Positions 37,170 to 45,646 of a stretch of 64,000 nt of DNA are shown here, piece by piece (within the stretch, counting starts at the first letter, position 1; each line of letters starts with the position of its first letter). The DNA comes from an uncultured candidatus Brocadiaceae bacterium (GTDB taxonomy: Bacteria > Planctomycetota > UBA1135 > UBA2386). A model generated the notes under the pieces. That model was not told the DNA's origin and made no database searches. It saw only the letters and a list, made by a program, of their open reading frames with translations. The stretch covers positions 6,775-70,774 of the forward strand of contig CAYQMF010000014.1 of the NCBI GenBank assembly GCA_964418595.1, written 5' to 3'. A program made the position numbers and the translations under genes.

Positions 37170-37379
37170 GACGTCGCGGCGGGGCCCATGCGCCACCTTG
37201 GCGAGGGCGTCCCCCGCGTGCGACGTCTTCCGCAAGGCCTGAGCAGCAACGTCCGCAGGGCGTTGCTGCTTCCCGAGACGTCGCAGCGGGGCCCATGCGC
37301 CACCTCGGCGAGGGCGTCCCCCGCGTTGCGACGTCTTCAGCAAGGCCTGAGCAGCAACGTCCGCAGGGCGTCGCTGCTC
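37170..37379. repeat. Tandem about 107-bp REP-like repeat (2 copies), each with two hairpins
   Basis: Copies start at 37170 and 37277; GACGTCGC..GCGGGG/CCCCGC..GCGACGTC stem plus AGCAGCAACG/CGTTGCTGCT stem. Confidence 0.85.
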
Positions 37380-37677
37380 AGATCTCGCTGCCGCTCGTGA
37401 CGGCCGACACGACGTCGTCGTCCATCCCGTCGCCGAGCTGGTTCGCCTTCACCTTCGACTTGCGCGCCGTGCGCGTCTTGGTCCGCGTGAACTTGCGGGC
37501 CATGCGCTGGATGTTGCGGATCCGCTCCCGCTCCTCCCTCCGCAGCCGGTCGCTCCGCTTCTCGTAGTAGGCGTACTTCTTGGAGAGGCGGAACACGCCA
37601 GCGTAGTTGCACTGACGCTTGAAACGCCGCAGCGCGGCGTCGACGGGCTCGTTCGGACGGATCTGGACCTTGATCAT
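37378..37677 (-). CDS. rpsU: 30S ribosomal protein bS21 with C-terminal extension
   Basis: VQIRPNEPVDAALRRFKRQC...YYEKRS..LRRE; 99 aa. Confidence 0.88.
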   Translation of the reverse strand: MIKVQIRPNEPVDAALRRFKRQCNYAGVFRLSKKYAYYEKRSDRLRREERERIRNIQRMARKFTRTKTRTARKSKVKANQLGDGMDDDVVSAVTSGSEI

Positions 37678-37806
37678 GCGGAGGCTTGACGGTTTCGGCG
37701 GCTCTGAAAAGGCGGTGGAAGCGACGGTGGCGACGCTGCTCTCCCGGGGATAATCGGCCGCCGTGAGGGCGCGACAGGATAACTACACCGCCCGAACGAG
37801 CAACCT

Positions 37807-40005
37807 GTGGAGCCACAAAAGGATGGAACGGTGACCCCGGACGTGACCTGTGCCGGCACGCTCGAGCGGTTCACCTTCCGCAACCAGGAGACCGGCTTCG
37901 CGGTCGTGCGGGTGCGACCCGACCCGCCCGGGCCGGTGCTGTCGGCCGTCGGCCAGTTGGCCCAATTCGCCGAAGGGCAGAGAGTTAGGCTCACCGGCCG
38001 GCTCGTGCTGCACCCCAGGTTCGGCAGCCAGATCGAGGTCTCGACTGCAGAGGCCGAACAACCCAGGTCAGCCGCCGGCGTCGTCGCCTACCTGTCCTCG
38101 GGCCTCGTCAAAGGGGTCGGGCCGACCATCGCCCAGCGGCTCGTCGACCACTTCGGCGCCGAGGTCCTCGACATCGCCGACCGCGAGCCGGAGCGCCTGC
38201 TCGAGGTGAAGGGCTTCGGCAAGCGACGCGCCGAAGAACTCGCCGCGGCGCTGCGCGGGCAGCGCGATGTGCAGGAGGTGATGGTCTTCCTGCGCGCGCA
38301 TGGTCTCGGCGCGGCGCTGGCGACGCGGATCTGCAAGCGGTACGGCAAGGGCGCGGCGGCGCTCATCACCGCCGATCCGTACCGCCTGGCCGACGAGGTC
38401 GTGGGCGTGGGCTTCAAGAAGGCCGACCAGGTGGCGCAGCACATCGGCATCGCTCCAGACGCACCGACCCGCCTGCGCGCCGGAGCCGTGTTCACCCTGG
38501 CGGAGGGTGCGCGCGACGGCCACTGCTACCTGGAGCTGCCCGACCTCGTGCAGACGGCCGCCGCGCTGCTCGACGCGGACGCGACGCGCATCGAAGCCGA
38601 GTTGCCCAAGCTCGCCAGCGAAGGCCGAGTCGTGTGCGAAGCGGCGCCAGATGCCGACGCGCCGGTCCGCGTCTACCCGCGCACGCTGCACACCGCGGAG
38701 GCCGGCTGCGCCGAGTTGCTGCGCGATCTCCTGGAGGCCGTCCTGCCGCCGACGGCGATCGCGCCGGAGCAGGATGTCGAACGCCTCGCTGCCGCGAGCG
38801 GCGTGCGCATGCCGGCCGCGCAGCGCGCGGCGCTGGTGCACGCGCTCCGCGCCCAGGTCAGCGTCATCACCGGCGGACCGGGCGTCGGCAAGACCACGAT
38901 CATCCGCGCCCTGGTGACGATCCTGCGCACGCACGACCTCCGTGTGCGCCTGTGCGCACCGACCGGCCGCGCTGCCAAGCGCCTCGAGGAATCCACCGGG
39001 CACGCGGCCACGACCATCCATCGCCTCCTCGAGTTCCAGGCCGGCATCCATCGCTTCGCCCGCAACGCGGAGACGCCGCTCGAGGGTCACGTCCTGGTCG
39101 TCGACGAGGCGTCGATGCTCGACGTGCAGCTCGCCTACTCGCTGTTGCGCGCGATCCCACCGGGGATGCGGCTGGTGGTGGTGGGCGACGCCGATCAGCT
39201 CCCCGCGGTCGGGCCGGGCAACTTCCTGCGCGACCTCATCGACAGCGGCGTCGTCCCGGTGACGGCGCTGACGGAGGTGTTCCGCCAGCAGCGCGACTCA
39301 CACATCGTCAGCGCGGCTCACGAGATCCTGAACGGGCGCGTGCCGGTCTCGGGTGGCGAGGGCAGTGACTTCTTCGTGGTCGAGACTCGCGACGCGGCGC
39401 ACACGCGCGCCGTGGTGCGCGAACTCGTCGTCCGCCGCATCCCCACCGCGTTCGGCCTCGACCCGCGCAACGACATCCAGGTTCTCGCACCGATGTATCG
39501 CGGCGAGGCGGGCGCCGACGCCCTCAACGCCGACCTGCGTGAAGCCCTGAACCCCGGCCGCGACCAGCTCACCCGCGGCACGCACGTCTTCCGCGTCGGC
39601 GACAAGGTCCTGCAGGTCAAGAACGACCACGACCGCGAGGTCTACAACGGCGATGCGGGCATCGTGACCGCACTCGACGCGAGCACCTCGCGTCTCACCG
39701 TGCGCTTCGGCGAGCGCAGCCTCGAGTACCCCTTCGGCGACCTCGACCAGTTGGTGCCCGGCTTCGCGATCTCCGTACACCGGGCGCAGGGCAGCGAATA
39801 CCCCGCGGTGGTCCTGCCGATGGCGACCGAGCACTTCCTGATGCTCAAGCGCAACCTCGTCTACACGGCGGTGACGCGCGGACGACGCCTCGTCGTGATC
39901 GTCGGCTCGGCGCGCGCGCTGGCGATGGCCGTCGACAACGTCGGCAGCGATCGGCGCAACAGCGGGCTGGCCGCGCGGCTGCGAAGGGCCGCGCGCGCCA
40001 CCTGA
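37807..40005 (+). CDS. recD2: RecD2-like SF1B helicase
   Basis: NQETGFAV N-terminus, HhH GVGP/GFG, GGPGVGKTT, APTGRAAKRL, DEASM, VGDADQLP, SQG-type HRAQGSEY, RNLVYTAVTR. Confidence 0.93.
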   Translation: MEPQKDGTVTPDVTCAGTLERFTFRNQETGFAVVRVRPDPPGPVLSAVGQLAQFAEGQRVRLTGRLVLHPRFGSQIEVSTAEAEQPRSAAGVVAYLSSGLVKGVGPTIAQRLVDHFGAEVLDIADREPERLLEVKGFGKRRAEELAAALRGQRDVQEVMVFLRAHGLGAALATRICKRYGKGAAALITADPYRLADEVVGVGFKKADQVAQHIGIAPDAPTRLRAGAVFTLAEGARDGHCYLELPDLVQTAAALLDADATRIEAELPKLASEGRVVCEAAPDADAPVRVYPRTLHTAEAGCAELLRDLLEAVLPPTAIAPEQDVERLAAASGVRMPAAQRAALVHALRAQVSVITGGPGVGKTTIIRALVTILRTHDLRVRLCAPTGRAAKRLEESTGHAATTIHRLLEFQAGIHRFARNAETPLEGHVLVVDEASMLDVQLAYSLLRAIPPGMRLVVVGDADQLPAVGPGNFLRDLIDSGVVPVTALTEVFRQQRDSHIVSAAHEILNGRVPVSGGEGSDFFVVETRDAAHTRAVVRELVVRRIPTAFGLDPRNDIQVLAPMYRGEAGADALNADLREALNPGRDQLTRGTHVFRVGDKVLQVKNDHDREVYNGDAGIVTALDASTSRLTVRFGERSLEYPFGDLDQLVPGFAISVHRAQGSEYPAVVLPMATEHFLMLKRNLVYTAVTRGRRLVVIVGSARALAMAVDNVGSDRRNSGLAARLRRAARAT

Positions 40006-40040
40006 GCGCCGCGCCGCCACCCTCGCGACCCGGGCGCGAG

Positions 40041-40745
40041 CTACTTGCCGTCGCCCGGCTTCTTGGCCTGCGCCTTGAGGTACGCCTCGTACAGCTTGCG
40101 GTACTTCTCGCTCACCTCGGGCACCCCGCCGCGCTGCTTCACGCCGCCGAGGTATTCCGGCAGGTTGCCCCAGTCGGCGGTGCCACCCTCGCGCTGCACG
40201 GTCTCCGTGCCGTCGTCCTTGGGCTGTCGCCTGGCGGTCTTGTTCTGCGCGTCCTTCGGGTTCTCGCCGCCGCCCGGCTGCTTCTGCTCGCCGGGCTGCT
40301 GCTCGTCGCGCTTCACCATGTCGGGCGTGTCGTTCTCCTTGCGCTGGCCGTTCGGCTGGCGCTGCCCCTGCGGGCGCTGACCCTGCTCGCCATCCTGCGG
40401 CTCGCCATCCTGCGGTTGCTGGCCCTGACCAGGGCCGTCACCCGACTTTCAAAGCCCCGACTTGCTGAGCTCCTCGATCAGCTCGTCGATCCCCTTCTGC
40501 ACGCTCTTGCTCGTGCCCTGGGCCTCGTCGAGCATCTTCTGCAGGCCTTCGGCGCTGCGCTTCGACGCCTCGGTGGCCGCCTTGCCGATGCCACGCTGGG
40601 AGAGCAGGCGGTCGATCGTCTGCATCTCCTCCGAGACCTTGGACGCGATGCGTCGCAACTGTTCCTGCGGGGTCGGACCCACTTGCGCTGGCAACATGCT
40701 GCCAGCGAGACACAGGGCACTGAGGGTGAGCAGTCTGTTGCGCAT
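40041..40745 (-). CDS. Secreted coiled-coil/Gln-rich protein with one in-frame UGA (codon 99); candidate selenoprotein, 234 aa
   Basis: ORFs 40449-40745 and 40041-40319 are in the same frame, separated only by TGA (40449-40451): ...ELSKSGL-UGA-KSGDGPGQ...WGNLPEY...YRKLYEAYLK; AGGAG SD and signal peptide MLPAQ. Confidence 0.7.
40413..40448 (-). promoter_or_regulatory. Candidate bacterial SECIS element
   Basis: With U of UGA as position 1: G16-G22 pair with C25-C31 (GGCCCUG-GU-CAGGGCC), G23 U24 at the apex; weaker lower stem between 8-13 and 34-39. Confidence 0.65.
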
Positions 40746-40887
40746 CGTGTCGGGCTCCTGGGGCGGCCGTTCGTTCTTCGTCCACGTGGGGCGGACGACT
40801 GTTGCGGCAGGTTAGCCGGTCGGGCCGCCCTTACCAAGGGGGGCGGCCATCCGTCGGTGGCAGGCTGGCTACACTGTCCGGCGTCCC

Positions 40888-41991
40888 GTGTCCCGTCCCT
40901 TCCTCCTCCGCCGGGTCCTGCCGGCCGCGTGCAGCGCGCTTGCCGCGCTGATCCCCGCGCCGATGGCGGCGCAGGCATGGCCGGTCCTGAGCGCGCGGAG
41001 CCTCGAGCGCGGCCTCGTTCGCGAACTCGAGAGCGCCCTCACGCCGTGGCACGAAGGCAACCCGGCCGCGGCGCGTGCACGCCTGGACCGGCTCCTCGAT
41101 GCGACGGGCTCCGTCGACCTCGGTCCCCTCGGCTACGCCCGCGCCCTGCGCCTCGGACTCGCCGGCGAACCGGAGCGAGCGGCCGCAGCCCTGGACGACC
41201 TCCTCGCGCACGACCCGGCACCGCCGCAGACCGCCGCTCGCCTCGCGGCCCAGATCTACCTCGACGCCTTGCGCGAGCAAGTGAGCCAACGGGCGCTCGA
41301 CGTCGGCCAGGTGCATCTGCTCGCGCAACGTGCGCTCGACCTGAGACAGCGGCCCGCCATCGTCGCCGCAATCATCGGCGACGCGCTGGCCACCCCGCGC
41401 CTGGACCCCGCCGCCGAAGCGATGCGCCGGGCGCTCCTCACGCGCCTCGCGGATGCCGGAAAGCCGGCCCCGACGTCGAGCGACCTACCGATCGAGGAGG
41501 CACGCCGCGAGCCGGAGCCCCTTGCCCTCACGCTGCATTCGCTCAGCGGCAAGCGCATCGATCTCGAGTCGCTGCGCGGGCGCGTGGTCCTCCTCCACTT
41601 CTGGGCGGAGTGGTGCCCGGTCAGCGCCGCCGAGGCCCCGACGCTCGTCGCCGCCTTCGAACGCTTCCATACCCGCGGCCTGCAAGTGATCGGCATCGCG
41701 GCGGACGACGACGGCGATGCCGTGCCGGTGCGCGCCGCTGCGGCGCGGCTGCATCTCACCTGGGAGCACGTCCTCGACGGTGAAGCGCTCAGTGGTCCGT
41801 TGGCGCTTCGCTTCGGCGTCGAGAGCCTGCCGGCGGCGATCCTCCTCGACCGACGCGGGGTGCTCCGGGCCAGCGGCGAGAGTCTCCGCGGCGACGCCCT
41901 CGCCCCGCGGATCGAGAAGCTCCTCGACGAACCGCCGCCGCCGATCTCACTGCCGCGGCGAGAACGGGATCGAGATCAGGACCGAAGGTGA
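40888..41991 (+). CDS. Secreted TlpA/thioredoxin-like protein with CxxS active site
   Basis: Signal peptide ending MAAQ; helical N-domain; C-terminal GRVVLLHFWAEWCPVSAAEAP...FGVESLPAAILLDRRG. Confidence 0.85.
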   Translation: MSRPFLLRRVLPAACSALAALIPAPMAAQAWPVLSARSLERGLVRELESALTPWHEGNPAAARARLDRLLDATGSVDLGPLGYARALRLGLAGEPERAAAALDDLLAHDPAPPQTAARLAAQIYLDALREQVSQRALDVGQVHLLAQRALDLRQRPAIVAAIIGDALATPRLDPAAEAMRRALLTRLADAGKPAPTSSDLPIEEARREPEPLALTLHSLSGKRIDLESLRGRVVLLHFWAEWCPVSAAEAPTLVAAFERFHTRGLQVIGIAADDDGDAVPVRAAAARLHLTWEHVLDGEALSGPLALRFGVESLPAAILLDRRGVLRASGESLRGDALAPRIEKLLDEPPPPISLPRRERDRDQDRR

Positions 41992-42414
41992 CCGCCACGT
42001 GATGGGCACGTCGACCTGCACCGGGTCGAAGCCCACCGCGTCGATCTCCACGAGTACGAACGCTTCGTCGGCGTCGCGATCGCCTTCGATGATCGCGCGG
42101 TCGAGATCGTCCACCCGGAACCCGATGTCCTCCTCCGCGATACCCGAGCTGGTGAACAGGACGCGCCCGGTGTCGTCGGTGAGGAACCACCGATCCGGGT
42201 CGGGGTTGGCGCACACGCACCCGCTCCATTCCTGGGCGCCCTCGACGAGCCGCACCGACACGCCTTCCCACACGTAGTTGGTGCCGGGATCGTAGACCTC
42301 GACCTCGAGCTCCACGAGCCGGGGGGAACGCTGCGCACCGATGACGGCCCGGTGGCCGCACGCGCCGAGTGCCAGCGTGAAGAGGAGCGCGGCGGGAATC
42401 GCGAGGGGACGCAT
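41947..42414 (-). CDS. Putative lipoprotein
   Basis: Lipobox LGAC after a hydrophobic stretch; 3' end overlaps the TlpA gene by 45 bp. Confidence 0.65.
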   Translation of the reverse strand: MRPLAIPAALLFTLALGACGHRAVIGAQRSPRLVELEVEVYDPGTNYVWEGVSVRLVEGAQEWSGCVCANPDPDRWFLTDDTGRVLFTSSGIAEEDIGFRVDDLDRAIIEGDRDADEAFVLVEIDAVGFDPVQVDVPITWRSPSVLISIPFSPRQ

Positions 42415-42614
42415 GTGGAGACGATTGCGAGAAGCGTACCGCCGCGGCCGGCCCCCGATCGCCTCGGCGCGATGGCGCCTTCCCGGCTCGGCGGACGTCC
42501 CTCGCGCCACGAGTTGTCCTGTCGGCAAGACACTGCGCGCGCCGAAAGCCCGGGCATCGACGCGCGCGCCGGCGCAGAATGCGCACGCCCTCGGCCGCCC
42601 GACCTGCCCTCTCC

Positions 42615-44336
42615 ATGACCGACTCCAAGCCCCCTGCGACACGGAGCAACTTCGTGCCCGCGGGCCTCGATGCTGGCGACATCGCCCAGCTCCAACCGCT
42701 CTACCGCGCGCTGGCCGACCGCGCGATCTCGAGTGTCGCCGACCTCGAGCGCTGGCTGCTCGACGAGAGCGCGTTGCTGGCCTGCGTCGGAGCGGCGGTC
42801 GCGCGCCGCTACATCGCGATGACCTGCAACACCGCCGACGCCGTCGCGCGCGAGCGCTACCTCGCGATGGAACGCGACGTCGTCCCGGTGACCAAGGCCC
42901 TCGGCGACGAACTCGACCGCAAGCTGCTCGCGCACCCCACGACCCGCACGCTGCCGCCTGCGCGCTACGGCACGTTGCTCCGCCGGCGACGCGCCCTCAA
43001 CGAGATCTTCCGGCCCGCCAACGTGAACCTGCAGCGAGAGGAGAGCGAACTCGAATCGCGGCAACAGGCAGTGATGGGCGGCCTGACGGTGAGCTTCGCC
43101 GGTCGGACGCACACGGTGCCGGCCATGGCCATCTTCCAGGAGGATCCGGTCCGCGTGGTGCGCGAAGCAGCCTGGCGCGCCACCGTCACGGCGCGCGCCA
43201 CGGTGCGGGGCGAACTGCTCGCGCTGTTCGATCGGCTCGTCGAGCTCCGTTCCACGATGGCGAAGAACGCCGGCTTCGCCGACTACACCGGGTACCGCTT
43301 CCGCCAGCTCCAGCGCCTCGACTACGGGCCCGATACCTGCTTCCGCTTCCACGCCGCGGTGGCCGAGGTCGTGGTGCCCGCCGTCGGGAGGCTCGACGCG
43401 CGCCGGCGGCAACGCCTGCGCGTCGACACGCTCCGGCCGTGGGACCTCGCGGTCGATACCGATGGCGCCCCACCGCTGCGTCCATTCGCGACCGAGCCCG
43501 AACTCCTCGACCTGGCGACCGGCCTGTTCGCCCGCGTCGACCCGCCGTTCGCCGAGGACGTACGCATGCTGCGCGCCGAAGGGTTGCTCGACCTCATGAG
43601 CCGGCAAGGCAAGGCCCCGGGCGGATACCAGTACTCGCTCGAAGACGTGCGCCTGCCCTTCATCTTCGCCAACGCGGTGGGCACGCACGACGACGTGCAG
43701 ACGCTCCTCCACGAGGGCGGTCACGCGTTCCACGCGCTCGCGGTCCGCGACGAGCCGCTGCTCCACTACCGCGAGGCGCCGATCGAGATGGCGGAGACCG
43801 CCAGCATGAGCATGGAGCTGATGGCGCTCGAGCATCTCGACGCGGTGTACGCGCCGAAGGACGCCCGCCGCGCGCGCGCGCGCCATCTCGAAGGCGTGCT
43901 GCGCCTGCTACCCTGGATCGCCAGCATCGACGCGTTCCAGCACCGGGTGTACGCGAACCCGGACCACGACCACGACGCACGCACCCGCGCCTGGCTCGAG
44001 ATCCGCGCGCGCTTCGCGCCCGGGCTCGACTTCGCGGGCATCGAGGATGCACTCGCGCACCAGTGGCTGCAGCAGGGCCACGTCTTCACCCACCCGCACT
44101 ACTACATCGAGTACGGCATCGCCCAGCTCGCTGCACTGCAGGTCTGGCAGCGGTACCGCCGCGATCCACGAGCCGCGGTCGCCGGCTACCGCGCTGCGCT
44201 GGCGCTCGGCGGCTCGCGGCCACTCCCCGAACTGCTCGCCGCGGCAGGCGCGAGCTTCGACGTGTCCCCGGCGCGGCTGGCCACGTTGGTCGCCGACGTG
44301 GAGGAGGTCCTCGACGGCAGCTCAGCCGAAGAGTGA
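42615..44336 (+). CDS. M3-family oligoendopeptidase
   Basis: GKAPGGY, LLHEGGHAFH (HExxH), EMAETASM, YYIEYGIAQ. Confidence 0.92.
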   Translation: MTDSKPPATRSNFVPAGLDAGDIAQLQPLYRALADRAISSVADLERWLLDESALLACVGAAVARRYIAMTCNTADAVARERYLAMERDVVPVTKALGDELDRKLLAHPTTRTLPPARYGTLLRRRRALNEIFRPANVNLQREESELESRQQAVMGGLTVSFAGRTHTVPAMAIFQEDPVRVVREAAWRATVTARATVRGELLALFDRLVELRSTMAKNAGFADYTGYRFRQLQRLDYGPDTCFRFHAAVAEVVVPAVGRLDARRRQRLRVDTLRPWDLAVDTDGAPPLRPFATEPELLDLATGLFARVDPPFAEDVRMLRAEGLLDLMSRQGKAPGGYQYSLEDVRLPFIFANAVGTHDDVQTLLHEGGHAFHALAVRDEPLLHYREAPIEMAETASMSMELMALEHLDAVYAPKDARRARARHLEGVLRLLPWIASIDAFQHRVYANPDHDHDARTRAWLEIRARFAPGLDFAGIEDALAHQWLQQGHVFTHPHYYIEYGIAQLAALQVWQRYRRDPRAAVAGYRAALALGGSRPLPELLAAAGASFDVSPARLATLVADVEEVLDGSSAEE

Positions 44337-45194
44337 ACCCTGCCCCCGCCGGCGGGCGATGGACGCGAGGTCGGGATAGGTCGCCAGGAGGAGATCGGGC
44401 ACGTCCACGGCCGCGCCGCTGTGGGCGGCCATGAGCTCGAGCGCGACCTTCATCGCCTTGCCCTCGAAGTGGTTGTTGGCGACGACGAAGGTCTCTGCGG
44501 CGTCCTGCGCGATCGCACGCAGTCGGGTACCGAGCGCGGTCACCTCAGCTGCCGAGTACAGCCAGTCGTAGACCTGATCGCGGCCGGCGTTCTTGTCGAA
44601 CCACGCGGGGCTCCGACCGTGCAGGCGCAGGTACGCAAACCCCGCCGCGTCAGCGCCGGGCGACGCCAGCGCAAAGCCGTCGCGACCCACCGGGTAGTCG
44701 AGGTGCACGACCGACACACCCAACGCCCGCAGGAAGGCCAGCGCCGCGTCGGCCTGCCAGCTCGCGTGCCGCACTTCCACCGCCAGCGGCGCGACATCCG
44801 CGAAGGCGGCGACCAGCGCCGTCAGATGCGCGCGCGCCGCCGGCGAGTCGGTGAACGCGACGCTGAACTGTGCGAGCTGCGCGCGCAGGCGGCCGCTGGC
44901 GCGCAGCGGTTGCAGCGCCGCCTTGAACGCTTCGACGTCGCGGCGGTCCAGGCGGCGGTCGTGCGTGAACACCTGCCCGAGCTTGGCGGTGAACAGCGTC
45001 CGCGTCGCCTCCGTGCGGGCGACCCAGCTCGCCACCATCGACGGCGCCGGCGTCGCATAGAAGGTCGAGTTGACCTCGATGAGGGGCACGAAGCGCGCGC
45101 AGAACGCCAGCGCGTCGCGACACCCGGCGGCGTAGACCCTGCCCTTCCAATCGGCATAGCTCCAACCGGCGATGCCGACCGCGACGCGGCTCAT
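44322..45194 (-). CDS. DUF72 family protein
   Basis: GIAGWSY..W, IEVNSTFY, LAVEVRH.SW, YLRLHGR, VVANNH. Confidence 0.9.
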   Translation of the reverse strand: MSRVAVGIAGWSYADWKGRVYAAGCRDALAFCARFVPLIEVNSTFYATPAPSMVASWVARTEATRTLFTAKLGQVFTHDRRLDRRDVEAFKAALQPLRASGRLRAQLAQFSVAFTDSPAARAHLTALVAAFADVAPLAVEVRHASWQADAALAFLRALGVSVVHLDYPVGRDGFALASPGADAAGFAYLRLHGRSPAWFDKNAGRDQVYDWLYSAAEVTALGTRLRAIAQDAAETFVVANNHFEGKAMKVALELMAAHSGAAVDVPDLLLATYPDLASIARRRGQGSLFG

Positions 45195-45646
45195 TCGTGC
45201 GGGTGGAAGAAGGCCTGCCAGACGAAGCCGTCGATCGTGACGCCGAGACCGAACGCCAGCACGCACACGAGCAACGGCTGCGCGGCGCGCGCGCCGGCCG
45301 CGCGAGACGCAGCGTGCGCGCGCCGCGCCGGCCGGCTCCACAGCCACGCGAGCAGCACGGCCACCCAGCCGAGGAGCGCGCGCGAGAACAACCAGCCTTC
45401 GCGCGACGCCAGTGGCAGCACGCGCTCGGCGTGCAGGTTGGCGAGCACCAGGTAGCCGATCAGCGACACGAAGAAGAACAGGTAGAAGGTCAGCGGCGCG
45501 CGGTCCTTCAGGCCCAGGCGATGGTCGTTGGCGGCCAGCACGATGCCGGCACCGAACGGCGACAGCACGAAGCTCGCCAGCACGAGGGACGTGGGGTGGT
45601 AGACCGCGGCGGGGACGGGCGCCGGCGACGCAGCGGGCTCAGCCAT
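45191..45646 (-). CDS. Hypothetical membrane protein
   Basis: About four TM stretches; overlaps both neighbours in an operon-like way. Confidence 0.65.
   Translation of the reverse strand: MAEPAASPAPVPAAVYHPTSLVLASFVLSPFGAGIVLAANDHRLGLKDRAPLTFYLFFFVSLIGYLVLANLHAERVLPLASREGWLFSRALLGWVAVLLAWLWSRPARRAHAASRAAGARAAQPLLVCVLAFGLGVTIDGFVWQAFFHPHE

Noticed and set aside
37170-37379. CRISPR array
   Set aside because: Only two long near-identical units and no unique spacers; no cas genes.
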